From Flectonema sp. DT1601 (lineage: Eukaryota), in contig OZ025792.1 in assembly GCA_964019425.1 (NCBI GenBank), forward strand, positions 868,001 through 932,000: DNA of 64,000 nt, given 5' to 3'. Both the position numbers and the translations under genes were made by a program. Below the pieces are notes generated by a model, which was given only the letters and a program-made list of their open reading frames with translations, had not been told where the DNA came from and did not search any database. The stretch's first letter is position 1; each line of letters starts with the position of its first letter. Positions 24,296 through 38,232 of this stretch are shown here, piece after piece.

Positions 24296-27200
24296 ATCGG
24301 CTTCTTTGTAATTAAAAAATAAATAATTTAGTTCATTAAACTAACTCATCACACTGATTTCCTTTAACATCTGAACAATCTTATTTGCTGTGGAAAAAAA
24401 AAGGAAACAAAATTATTATTTTCAGGTTCACTGATGTGAGTAATTCCAATTAAGTGACTTCTTGAAGTCAAATGTAAAAAATGTAAAAAAAAAAAAATTG
24501 AAGAAAAGAAAATAAGCAGAAGGAATCCAAAAAAATTGACATTCTTCAATGTTGTTCTTTGTTTGCACTTCTTTTCAAGGGTAGGATGGTGAGTGAGTGA
24601 AAGGGAGATTTCTGTTGTAAATTGTAAAGAGAGGTCCAGCTACATTAGCATCGACGAAAAATTCTCATCATGCATCGTCACAAAATGAAATAGAGTTTCC
24701 ACATCTAAGTATTAAACAACGCACGTACTACGAGTTAGTTACAATAAAGGTACCAGTCGCTATATTTTATTGAAATTTGACCATTGAGTTGGGCCACGAA
24801 ATGAATTGGCGAGAATAGCCCTTCTTTTTTCTTCAAAAAGCTTTCTTATTCTTTCTTTCTTTTTCCTTTTTTGCACCTGTGCGTTCTTTTTTTTTATTGT
24901 CTTCTTTTTTTTTTTTCAATTTTTATCTGAAATAAACATTTTTCTTTTTTTTTTTCCTTCACAAAAATTAGATTTATTTCTTTTCGTTGCCTTCACCCCA
25001 ACATTCTGACGAGAGAATAAAAAAAAAAAAAAAAATGTAGTCACCAGTTTCGTCGAAGAAACCTGTACTTTGGATCTCATTTTCGCTTATTGAACCACAT
25101 ACTTAGTATCGGAAGTCCAGGCGCATTTTTATTCGAGCCCGCGAAAAGGAACAAGAGAATTATAAAAAAAAAAAAAAGAACAATAAAAAAAAGGAAACAA
25201 AAAAAAAAACTTCATGCGGGAGGAGCAGGAGGCTGGTCGTCTAACCGCTTCTTAATAAAAAGACAACTAAAGAATTTTTATTGCGTTTAAATATGCTTCT
25301 TTGGGCAACCAAGGGAAGAAAGTATGCAGCAAACGCCTTGGTAAACTACACAGATTATCAAACAATACCCACATCCTCACAGAAAGCAGAGACTTTGAAA
25401 ATAAGAGTCTGTTGCGTTCGTTATAATGTATTTTTTTTTTTCCCCCTTTTTCCCCCACGTTTGTGTGTTCTGATTAAAAAAGTAAAATAATAATAAAAAA
25501 AACAACAACTTATTTTTTGAACATTCGGTCATCGGGTGAAAGAAAAGAGATTAGAAATAAAAAAAAACTGGCAGAAAATAGCTTCTTAACCATCGTTTTG
25601 TTTTGTGTTTTCAACTTCCTTAGCGGAACAACTTTATTAATTAAATAAGAATTCGGCTTTTTCCCTAACTACAAGTAACTCCCGCAGTTAAGTAGCACAC
25701 ACGGCTTGTGTAAACCTGCCAAGGCAGAAGTCGACTTAGGCAACGATCCTGCTGTAGGTACACCTATAGAGCCAATGATGTTTTTTTTACGCGTGCTGCC
25801 CAATATTATTCCCTCTCTTTCTTCCAATACCTGTTCAGTTCAAAGGAGGAAAAAAAAAAAGGAAAAAAAAGGAGAGAAACAAAAAAAAAAGAAAAAAGAG
25901 GGAATTTTCACCTGTAGTTTGTATTTTCTTTTTTTTGTCTTCCTTAACAAGCCAATAAAATAACAATAAAGGACGGTGAGGGAAGGGAGAGAAGCGCAGC
26001 ATGTAATTACTTGACGAAGTTGCATTTATAGTAAGATATTATTTTTTTTCCATTGTAAAAAAGAATTAAAAATTAACGGAAAAGGGAAAAAAAAAAAAAA
26101 AAAAAAAACGATAACGGGAAACAAATCATGGAAACTGAAACGGGCGTTCTTGTAACGTACTGCTACTAATAACCCACAGAGCATTCAGTAAGCGAAAATA
26201 GAGACGAGTAGCTGATCAGTCAGGTGGGCAAAAAACTAAAATTACAATTCCACTGTGACTTTTAAAGGACGCAGGAAACAGTCAAGAAAAGATAATATTT
26301 GAATGAGTTCCAAAGAAGCAGCAGCAGAGCAAAATAAACAAAGGGGAAAAAAGAAAAAGAAGTAACTCACCACCCGCTAGCACACCAACTACTCTGAATT
26401 TAAGCTACTGGGAATGTGCCACTATTTTATCAGGTAACAGTTGACTGGTGAGCGTACTTCGCACGGCAGTAGTTTGAAGAATTTGTGCAAGCTGGAAAGT
26501 TTTCGGCTGGTAAATAGATGATGTTGGAAAGAATAGGTGTTGTAACAAACAACTACAGCAGACAACACGAATCTGACTATTCAGAACCCACCCTTTGAGA
26601 TAAAAGGGTAATAACAACTTCTATTAGAATGCTTACTTCGTGGAAATAATGGGGAAAAATAAAAAAAATAAAAATAAGATTTTGAGTTATGCGATTTTTT
26701 TTTATATTGTTTTTTTTTTTTTTTTTTTTAAACTCTTCAAAAAATTATGTTGTTTCTTTCTCTTCCCGTAATTGATACCCTGCTTCACAAGTTACTACTG
26801 CCATAATTATTTCACGCTGGTTACAATTTATGTGACTGAAAGAATATCCTTAGAGTCACTTACACAAAGAGGCAGAAGAAACAAGAAGACAAGGAAGAAA
26901 TCAAAGATTGGGGAATAAAATCAAAAAAGAATTGGCTTTAACTTCAACTATACAGAAAATAATGATATAACACTGCGGTTTTTTGTTTGTGCACGAAACC
27001 GTGAACCGACTTAAACTGATAAAGCTAAAGGAGGTTTACGTGTGCTGCCAACATTCTTTTTCGTTCTTACAATACTTGTTAAATGCAAAAAAAAAAAAAA
27101 AAAAAATTACCCACGCTACCGAGAGAACCAAAATATCGCGAGGGGGACGTACGTTGGCTTCATTTCATCTCAGATTCTAAGTTCTTTGAGTCCCTGGGAT

Positions 27201-27950
27201 CGTATTTTTCCCCCGAGTTCATAAAAATGGAAAATAAAATAAAAAACAACAACACAGTGCGGAGTAGATGCTGTGTTATTAGCAAATTTAGGAAAAAAAA
27301 AAGAAAGAAAATGTGTGATAATTACTTGTCACGTTGTTTATATTTTCCCGTGAATTGTTGCAAATTAAAAAATTCAGGAAATTTATTTTCAAAGAGCCCG
27401 ACAGAATCTTCAAACCGGGTGGAAAAAATAAGAACAAATATAAAAACAATAAACAAAATTAGAAAAAGCTTTTTATTGGCAAAATTTGTATTTTTCGAAA
27501 GATTTCTTTTTTTCACTTGTTTTTTTTTGTCGTTGTTGGGGAAACCGCCGGACAGAGACAAAAAATATTAATTTATATTATGCGGCGACCTTGCACAGAT
27601 CCAAGTATTAGTACCGAACATAAATAAGGACTATGCCGCATGCATGAGAATCCGTCCACGTTCATCTCCGCAGAATACATCACAGAGTATAGGAACTGAC
27701 GCAAAGGTTGGAAAAATAAGAGAAGACAACGCAGTGTTTGCTGTTGTAATATGCAACATTCCCTTCCAACGTTGTCTTCCAATTTGCTAACAGTTTAGGG
27801 AAACAAATAACTACGAGGAAAACGGGAACAGAAAACAGAGAGGGGTTCTCAATACTACAATAATAAAAAAATAATCCTTACACCGTCAGAAGGTCGGCCT
27901 TTCGGGGTTTTTTTTAGATCGTTGGTACTGAGAATGGAAAACCTCTGTCG

Positions 27951-27986
<36 letters not shown>

Positions 27987-30900
27987 TTTTTAAAACTGAT
28001 AAATCAGTTTGGTGGGGTTAAGTTTAAAAGAAACGAAAAAGAAAATTTCAGTTCGCTTGAAAATTTTCTTTTTTCGAGCAACAAATTGAAAATGTTTGAC
28101 CCACGTTAATGCAATTTTTTAATGAGCAACAGGATGGTACCTGCAGAATGATAACGCACATATCCTATCATATGGATAGGACTTATTACGTAAAGGTAAT
28201 AAACTGAAGAATAATGAAATAATGTGAAAAACCAGAGCACTATTCAGAAGAATATTGCTCTAGTCGTCAGACACTGCAGTCTCTGAATAGCTTGTGTCCG
28301 AGGTTTCGATAAAGGAAAAGTGATGGGTAATGCAACCTTACCAAAGGAACAAGAACTGGTCTCAACTTTTGTTTTTTTAAAGCATGAAGTCCGTTAACTG
28401 ATTTAAAGAAATGGATCTACATAAATAATTTAAAAAAAAAAAAAAAATGACATTTATTGTGAAATAGTAAATCATTCTTTTTTTTCCCCCCCCCGTACTC
28501 TTTTCCATGTACGGATTTTTAGTTGTTAGCAAATAAAATTATTTTAATACATATTTTTTTTTTTTTTTTTTTTTTCAAAATTATTTTAATTTGTAACTTC
28601 CGTTGCAGAAATGACATTCCACAACTGAGGATGGATGCTGATCTGCAGAATGATAAAAATAGTCGGGCTGGAGGGATTAAAAACTAATATTCAAATCAAC
28701 AACATGTACCAAATGCGAATAAAACGAAACAGCTCAGTCGATAAAACAACAATTGATGCTTGAGGGGTTGGGCAATAAATTACTAATAAATTGTGAGCAA
28801 CAATGAGACTTGGGTGGGCTACAGAAAACAATGACTCACCACAAGATTTACCTCTCGTAAATGGTCATGCGCTATATGCAGTTTAACGAAATCGACAAAA
28901 GTCTAACAGGACTGTCTCTGCATATAAAAAGCTCGAAGACTTACTTACACGAAAATAACTTATCTCCTAGGTGCCCTGTTAAGAGCCTTGGAACTGTATT
29001 TTATTTCACCCCACGCAAGAAATGCATAGCGGTATACAATAGGGTTTTTGAGACAGCTGTAAGAAGACGAAACGTCTTCAAAACAAAGAGCGTTGGGTTG
29101 ATAAGAAAAAAAATGGAAATTTATAACAATAATAACTTAATTAATATTTATTTATCGAAAATCAAGGACAGTGAGACGCTCACTAATGACTTACCCTACC
29201 ATCATGTCAGTGACGGTCAGTCCTTCTCTTCGAAAAATAAATATTAAATGCTTGCATGGCGAAGTCATCTACCAATATAAATAATAAAATAAAGAGGAAG
29301 GGAAAAGGATTACTAACGAGTTAAGTTATTCTATGGAGCTTTGGCAAAATAATACTCTGAAGCCTCTTTGCGTCTACTATTCTCACTGCATACCAAACGT
29401 GAATTTCCCCCCCCCCCTCCCCATCTTGCAGTTGTTTCTTCATAAAATATGTATGTCATGTTTCAGTGAGTAGTAATGTTTAAACAACAATGGGTAGAAA
29501 AATATCAAACTCTATAGAGCTACGAAGCAGCAGTAATGTAAGTATACCCAATCCTGACGACTGTTATGGTATAGCTTAGGCTGACGGGGCATCGACAGTA
29601 AGCAGAGAATCGAGCATTCCAATATCATCGAGAGAGGTCAGTAATCCCTATATCTCAAGAGTCGATGTATTGGCATACAAGGTTATCAGCTTGAAAAAAA
29701 GAAAAAAATATACAGAAAAATCGTTCCATAGAGTATAATGGTTAGTGGAAAGTAATGTTGAGACCTTCTTCCGTTTCAATTAGCTTTTCAAATGAAAGCT
29801 GACACAGGCAAGCAAAAATAATTAAAGAAAACAAAAGCGGTAGCCTTACAATACGGTTACCTTATTTGCTCCAGTTTTAATGTGAGTGTAAAGAGACCAA
29901 CGGAATTCTGGAATCCGTACAAAAAAAGATTTGTGTGGGAAGCTAAACAAAAAAGAGAACTCGGAAAGCAAACCTATCAACACCCATAGACTTTGAACAA
30001 AGATTTGCGCTTCAATGCTCCGACTACAAAATAACCTCATTCAGTACGAGTACTGTGAGCTTTGACTTTTCTTCCTCCTTTTTTTTCCCTCTGTTTTTTT
30101 CTCGTGCCGGTGCTTTTTAAAATGTAAAATCGTGTTTAAATATGCGTTTCTTTGTTTTGCTTTTCTTTTATTTTCTTAAATTCGTTAGTTTTCTTTTTTT
30201 TCTTCTTTGGAGAATTCAGGCGGTCGAAAAAGTTGACCTACTTGTTGGGGGTTCTTTAGTTTCTGTTTTTCTTTTTTCTTTTTTGTGTTTTGGGAGTTTT
30301 TTGTATTTTATATTTTCTTCGTGCCTGGTGTGAATAAAGCAAAAAATCAGATCAACTTAGTGAGTGGTGGAAAATGCTACCATATTTTAGAAAAAAATAA
30401 TGTTTTCATTTACATTTACATTTCTTTTTTTTTTTTTTTTTTTTTTTTTTCTGTGTTGGATTCTACTTGGATTGTAAGTAGTGAAAGGGAAACTGGGTGA
30501 ACTTCGTCGCGTTCATCTCAACATGTTCACCATGTGGCTCTACGAAGAATCCCATCACCGGGGTTTGAGCTTTTGCATAAGCTTCACAAACAAGATAAGG
30601 AAAGAACGAGTCACAGTCGTACTGCTTAGGAAACAAAAGCAAGTGTTCCAAAATTGAGAATCCGAAGCAGCCTAGCAAGGACACTTCATCGGACCATTCC
30701 AGGGTTTTGGACACCAGACTATATAAAGCCTGGCTGGAAGAAATAAAGAATTTAAAAAAAAGAAAAGGAAGAATACGATGCGAAACACTTCACAAGATGG
30801 GGACTTCCAACAGAGAATTTGATCAGAAATGCATCTTCGAAATGCACACTCTTGAACAACGATTACTTTTGAAATATTGAAATATTGAATTTTTTTTTTT

Positions 30901-33900
30901 TTTTTTTTGCAGAGTTTTCTAGCTTGAAAAATAAAAATCGACAGCATTCTTCCATTATCAGTCAATATTAGCCAGATTCAGGGACAACGTCCCGTCTGTG
31001 ATTCTTAAGGATAAAATATTACATTGATCACCTAACACATTGTGAGGTTCTCACGAAGAATATGACTGCCAGAGTCCACGGAAAAAGACACTAGAAGCCA
31101 ATATAATCCAAGAAAGTGTTCACGGGTTTTATGTTACGCATTCGCTAAATTTCAGATCGACTGGAAGCGACCTGAAAGATTCATTGAAATCCGTAGTCTT
31201 GAGAGACAATTAAATAAAATTATTTTTTTTCCCTTTATTTCTTCTTCTAATGTCCTCAGTGATGTACAGCTGTTAGCTGCCAACAAGCAAATTGTTTATT
31301 TTAAATTAACATTATTATAATTTATAAAAAAAAAAAAAAAATATTTATGCGCCTGGCCTAGAAACATAAAAGAAATGCATATTAAGTATTAAACACTTTA
31401 TTTCACTATCTGTAAGCGTAACTTTAGTACAACAGAAGCAACGGAAAGTGAAGCAAAACTTCCACATTGCGATTTAGTGATTTTCAAATCGCGTAACAAA
31501 ACGGGAAGTCGCACAGGCGAAAGGAAAAGTAAATCATTATTTTTTATTACCATTACCCGATTACCATTATTATAATAAAAAAAAATTGTAATCACCTAAA
31601 TAACAATAATAGGTAAACACGTTTCTGAGTTGTTTTTTTTTTTTTTTTTTTTTGAAAATAAAATCGCAGAGTATTCGACGAGGAGCGATGCCCAGTCGAT
31701 TCCCTACGGTAAGAATACAAAATATATTGAATTTTCAGCAAATATGAAGAGACCATATTAAGACACAATTCCACGAAAAATTAAAAAACAAAAAATAACG
31801 TCAACTGATAAAAAAAAAAAAAAGAAAAAAAAAATGAATGAATCAGTTTTTCTTTTTTTTTTTTTTCTCCCCCCCGGTGTTGGCAGATTCGGCCTAATAT
31901 AGCCACCCATTCAGAGACGTAGTAGAATCCATCTGAGGGGAAGACCCGCTCAGACTACATGACCTGTGAAGGTCCTAGACAGTTCTAGTTTTCTTCTTTT
32001 TTTATTACACAGAAACAAGTAACTAATGTTAACAAGAGGAGTGCTATTGACTCCAAATGTAAGGGTTTCATTGACTGAAATTTATTGTATTTAAAAAAAA
32101 GAACTAATCTTTGAAAAAAAAAAAAAGAAAAATTACCTATCTATTATTACCCAGTAAAGAGTAATTAAAGGTTTCACACATGCATTTTTTTAGGATGTCT
32201 TACTTTATTTCACCCAAAAAAGCAGACATAAAACAAAAAAAACATTCACCCAAAAAGAGAACAACCCTCTCAGAATGAAAACAAGAATACTACGCAGAAA
32301 CAGTAACTAACGTCGATGAGCAATATTCCTTACCCATTACTACCTTCAAAAGGAAAACTCTGTTTGATGTCGATCGAAGAAAGGAACCGAGTCCCCTTCT
32401 GTGCAATTCATCATCAAGGAATTAGTACATAACAAATAACCCCTTATTACCTGCGTCTATTGCCCAGTAAAGAGGAATTGGTTTGTGAGGGAAGGAAATA
32501 AAGATACAATAATATAATTTCTACCGTAGCTCACTTAAAAAGACAGCCAGGTCTCATTTCGGTTGACGAGCCTCAGTAAGTCTGCCACAGTGAGGTGGAT
32601 GTGTTTTGAAATCTAATCCGACGATAGATTTCACAACAAACCCAACAGTAGACAGGCCAGACATTCTATTGATAGGGGATGTTGATGAAGTATTTAACGG
32701 CAAAAAAATAAATTAAATCCTAATTTCAACGGAAAAATCCGTGAGTTTCCAACCCTCGGGACTGTGACGAAACAAAAAATCTTAACATCAAGAAATATGC
32801 AACAAACTAAAAATAAATATAAGTACAAAAAAAAAGGACTTACCGACTCATACAGTTAAATGGTGTTGACACAAGCCACCTTTTGATTTTTTGGAGTCAG
32901 AAAATCCTATTTGGCTGGTTCACTCACAAACTGTAGACGGAACAATAGGCATTAAAGCCGTTTGGAAACGTTGTTATCAAAAAGAAAAGTAATTGCGACG
33001 CCTTGTTTAGGTCTTTGGGAACGGAGATCACTTCAGTGACTCACCCTCCTACAGAGAATTTAATCACAAAGACTTTCAATTATTTCTTTGTAGAACGATA
33101 CTTGTACAATCACAAGCTAGGAAGCGTGAAGCAATAAAAGCACTTCTGCGTCAAACAGTTACACTAACTGAAATCTATACGCACGATAGCAAGTAAAACT
33201 GAATATTATTTTCTTTCAAGAAAATCTTATTTATCCGATTTTAATAAAATAATCATTTAATAAAAAAATTAAAAAAAAAAAAATCTTATCTTAATTTTCT
33301 TTGTATTTTCTTTTTTTTCAGTTTTTTTTTTTTCGTTATATAGAAAGCCACACAATTATTTCTCCGATCAAAAACACGCACCTAACAAAATTGTGGGAAC
33401 AAACACACCCCCGCTGGATGGCAGAAAGAGTACAAGGTAGTAATCCACCCACTAATTACAATCGCTAAAACAAGTACGTGCGAGAGTATGGGAAGGAAAA
33501 ACACGGGTTGTACTTTCTGAAAAATTTAAATATTCAAATAAAAATAATATTAGGTAAGGACTCTGTTAGGAAAATGGAAAATGAAAAAAAGAAGAGAAAA
33601 AAAGAGAACGAACAGAGGAGCAATTCTGAGGCTTGCGAGCCCGCACGAATTGGCATTTTGCTCGCAGTTTTTCAATTCTTACAAAGATGGTAAGTAGAAA
33701 AGAGTTAAACTCCAAACCGCTAAAAACTTAGAGAGGCCTAAATAAACATAAAAATCTCAACTTAACCAAAACATATTTTACCATTTTTCTCGCAGTCGTA
33801 TTTTCAAAACATCATAAAAAAAAAACAAGAAAAAAAAAAAAAAGACTTTTTATTAACACAACGAACGAATACCGCAGTGCCTTCGAAAGCCAATGTCAAG

Positions 33901-36900
33901 TTCTTTTTTATATTTTTTATTATTTTTTAGACGCTATTACCATATGTTCGTTCAGTTGTTTGGTGTCATTTCTCAAAACTGACAGGCGTTTTGGAATGCT
34001 GACGAGGCTTACAGCGTGGGAAAGATTGAGCAAACAAGCCATCACATAAGCGAAAGCATAAAGAGCGCACATCGTCACTCGTTTGTTTATTTAATTGTTT
34101 CCTGTCGATATTTGTTCCTACGGAATGAATTACGCATACAGACACAACGGGGGTTGGTAGTATGAGAAAAAACAGAATAAAACTGCTCCCAAGGGAAGAA
34201 AAAGGGGAAAAAGAATGAGGAATAGAGACTCTTTTGAGTGTAAAAAGACCCAACAACCAACCAAAGAGGACGAGTTTACAGCTAATATGATTATCAAATA
34301 TGAGGCATACACAAGCTTTTCTGATAGTATGATTCCCTTTAGTATCCACCAGATAATCGTTTTTTTTTTTTTAAACAAGTTTTTGCAAGTTAGTTAACTC
34401 TCCTCAACTAGTGTTTGCCGTTATCCAACAAAATAAAGCGTGGGGGGTGAAACTTTGACAACGTAAAAACAGTAACAACTTTAGGTATTAAAAACAAAAT
34501 TAATATCAAGTACTTGACTGAAAAATATTTGTAGTTGTTAATCAAAGAAAAATTACGTTTAGAAAAAAGAAAGCGTGGGGGAAAAAAAAAACCGAGTGAG
34601 CAATTTAACGAGGCAAGCCGTAGCCTGGCCTGGCGAGTGATGAAGGAATATAATCCCGAAGTAGAATAGAAAAACTACTTTTATTGAGAGAAAGGAGATA
34701 GCACATGACGAAGGACGTTGCAGTAACAACACTTCATGTTATTAATTATATAAGTTAAGAGAAAACAGCCAAAAACTTTTTAATGCCAAAATACACACCT
34801 AGGCAAACAAAATATTAATTATTTAATCTGTGTGTGTTTTTTTTGTTTTTTCGGTTTTGTCCTCTCACAATACGAGCAGAAAAAAGAAGGAAAAAAAAAA
34901 GCAATTTAAAATTGAAATCGAGTAAATGAATTGTTAACCCAATAAATACTTGCTCTCTAGAAAAAACTCTTTTCTGATAAGTTTTTTTTTTTTTTTGGAA
35001 AAAGTGATCGTATGTCTTTCAATATAGAGAGACAGGGGAGAGCTACAAAAAAGAATAAATATATTGCGCCTTGCTTTTTTTCGGAACAACAATAAATTTC
35101 ATAACGTTTCTTATTTTTGTTTTTTGATGTATATTTATATTTATCAGTCTTGTTTTAAGCAGCAAAACGTTTTTTTTCTTTTTTTTTTTTTTCTATTGGG
35201 GTAACAAGACAATTCAAAGATTAAAAAGTTAGTTGGTTTGTTAGCTAAATACAGAACTGATGACTACGAGGGGTCTGGGTAGCCCGCATCAGTAAGGACC
35301 CAATCGCGAAGATTGTAGTTTTATAGCTTCGGCTGGAATGTAATCGACACCGAACTCCCACTTTGCCCAGAGGCTAACAGGTTGAAAACAACTAAAGAAA
35401 ACGATCCAGGAGTAAAGGTAAAGAAATTAATTCCCTATACATCTTTTTTTATAATACGACCATATGTGCCATATGCCCACATACCACGAAAATAGATATA
35501 GAACCCCCGAACAGTACCGAGGATCATTCATAAAGCATTCTAATTGTACTGTGGGTTTATCAAAAGATTTATAAAAGTACAACAAAATTTGGGCAGCACA
35601 TAGCCCAAATAAAAACAAAAGGATCACACAGTTTAGGTCATAACTGCGCCGGACCTAATTAAAAGGCAGGAATAAATTAAGAAATATCCGTGTTGTGTAT
35701 CGTTCATTCCTGTGTTGAAAGGCGTCGCATGATACCGCGGACATCCAATCATAGTTGCATTAGGAAACTTTATAGAGAGCTCTCGTGGATTTAATTTTAC
35801 GTACTGCGATATCTAGAATTCCAATGCGAGAAAGTTAAAAAAAAGAACTGGCTTCAACTCAAACCACACAAAAAAATAGTATAACATTGTGGATGTCTTG
35901 TTTGTGGACGAAACCCTGAACCCGACTTTAGATTGAGAAAATTGAATGAGTCAAGTGAGGGTTTACGTTTCTTGTTTTGACGACGGAGAGAGAGTAATAA
36001 AAATGGAAAGAGAGTGGTTTTTTCTTTCTTTTTTTTTTTTTTTTTTCCAATAGCACATTTTAAAAATTCTGTAATACTAAGAGAGCCTCAACGAGGCAAA
36101 AAAAAAAAAAAGAGCAAAGCGTTACTGTAAGTAGAGAGCAGCAGTAACATATGTCAGTCTTCCTACCCGAAAACTGAATAAAACAAAAGTACGTCCTGTG
36201 AAAACTGTATATTAACTATTTCGCTCCCTACAGGACAGGGAAAAAAGTACAACCACAACGACAACAAATAAAGGGGAGAGAATACGAAGGAGAGAGAGAG
36301 AGCACATTACACCGCCAACCAAACCAGTGGTATATTTCATTCCAGTCTGCGAGAGGCTCAATAACACAATTAGAGAAGAGAGTAATGATGTGTGACGACG
36401 TGTATCGTGTACGCAATCTTACGTGCTTGTAGAGCACTAAGAGTTTGGCGAAGAATAATAAAAAAAATAAAAACTATATTCTTGTTCTGGTATAGAATTC
36501 TTTTTTCTTTTTTTTTTTTTAAAACTATTTTTCTTGTACCCTTTTTTTTTTTTTTTTTGTTCTTTCTCGTTAAAGTGCATTGTATGTGCGAAGAAAATAT
36601 CTTCTGCGGATACTTCAACTTGTTTAGTTCGACCTACCACTCTGCGTCAAACATAATGCTTGGACAACAGAGGGTTAGCAAAACAACTTTTTGAAATCAG
36701 GAACAACTAATAGTAAGTAAATATAAACAAATAGAAACTTTGTCAGCTACGTGATTTGTGAAGTTTTCAGAACAAAAAAAAATGATTCACCGCACTATTT
36801 AGCAACAAAAATGAGCAAAAAAAAAAAAAATAATAAATTGTTTCAGGTTGGTGGGGGTGGATAGTTGAACTTTCTTTTTTTTTTTCTTTTTTTTGCTTTT

Positions 36901-37317
36901 CACACCAGGCACTGTTTTTTTTTCCATTCTTGTTTTTCTTTTCTTTCTGGACAGTTTCTCGTACACTTTCGGCATTAAACAATAAAAAAGAACACCTGCC
37001 GGCTCTAACCCCACACCTGAGTAGAAAACCCACGTTGTGGAATTGAACCTCGAGATTCACGGAACGGAATTAATATCAAAAAACAAAAGAAAATAGTTAA
37101 GACATTATTGATTTCCACAATGAACTATGAGAGGAGCCGTTCTTTCACGTGATTTTGTTTATTGTTTTTTTCTGTTGCATCGTTTAGCGAGAAAATGACT
37201 TTCTTTCATTTTTTTTTTCTTTGTTTTTTTTTTTATTGTCGTTGTTGTTTTTCTTTTTAGCACAACTTATTTTTTTTTTGAGAATCGAGAAATTAGTAAT
37301 TCAGCATTCGCAGAACA

Positions 37318-38232
37318 TCAGTTCTCACAGTTTCTAAGTAGCTTTGGGCAGTCTTCCTTGTATTTTGCCTGACGGGATTTTCCTAACTTGTCAGCAAAGC
37401 GGGCCACAAAGTTTAACTTCTCACTCGTAACTGGGTGAGCGTAGATAGCCTTGTTCAAGGCAACACAGCATGCTTCAGCTGATGCGATGGTACTGTACCT
37501 GATGAATGCTACTCCATCAGAGTGTTGTCTGTGGCACAACACTTTGCAGTCGATGACTTCCCCATACTTACCGCACATGGTTTGAAGTTCACTAGCTGTT
37601 AAGGCATTCTTAAATCCAGCGAAGTAAACATTTACTGTCTTCTTCTCTGTTGTGGTTTCCTGGGCACGTGCAACCGAAACTTTCAAAATCTTTCCCGATT
37701 TCAGAGGGATGGTTCCGTTCAGAGCGGCAGTACCATCGTTCGCTGCCTGGAGAGTAGCGAACTGAACGAATCCGTAACCCTTCGACTTACCAGTTGCAAT
37801 ATCACAAACAACGTGTGTCTTTTCTAGTTCACCAAACTTCTTGAAAGTGTGTTCCAACCAATCAGCATCCATCCATGAAGCGAGACCGTTAACGATTAGG
37901 TTTCTTCCCTCAGTGTTAGGAAGCGGTACCTGAGCAGAGTCAACGGAAACAGTTTCCATGGATTCCACTGAGTCTGCTGACGAGTTCGGGTCTGAAAGGG
38001 AACTCGTTCTGGAGAGGTTGTTCTCCTGAACAGGCATCATAGGAACTGGTTGAATGGTTGGGACCATAACAACTACCTGTTGCCCGTTGTAGTTTTGAAT
38101 CATTGGGACGAGTACCTGTTGCATTTGAACATTCTGCTGCATGACTTGCTGCATTTGCATTTGCTGAAGCTGCTGCATCTGAACCATCGACATGGTGTTG
38201 GTTGGGACGCCGTTGAAGATTACCTGCTGCAT
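37318..38232 (-). CDS. RNA-binding protein with two RRM domains and a Q/M-rich low-complexity N-terminus (ELAV/DRBD-like)
   Basis: RNP2 NLIVNGL, RNP1 KGYGFVQF; second RRM NVYFAGF / GVAFIRY. Confidence 0.92.
   Translation of the reverse strand: MQQVIFNGVPTNTMSMVQMQQLQQMQMQQVMQQNVQMQQVLVPMIQNYNGQQVVVMVPTIQPVPMMPVQENNLSRTSSLSDPNSSADSVESMETVSVDSAQVPLPNTEGRNLIVNGLASWMDADWLEHTFKKFGELEKTHVVCDIATGKSKGYGFVQFATLQAANDGTAALNGTIPLKSGKILKVSVARAQETTTEKKTVNVYFAGFKNALTASELQTMCGKYGEVIDCKVLCHRQHSDGVAFIRYSTIASAEACCVALNKAIYAHPVTSEKLNFVARFADKLGKSRQAKYKEDCPKLLRNCEN

Noticed and set aside
30463..30965. Possible hidden gene in a less AT-rich patch of the long tract
   Set aside because: ORFs lack ATG starts and recognisable motifs, and no consistent splice model was found.
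35256..35263. Hammerhead ribozyme core CTGATGA
   Set aside because: No GAAA after a stem II and no suitable stems I/III.
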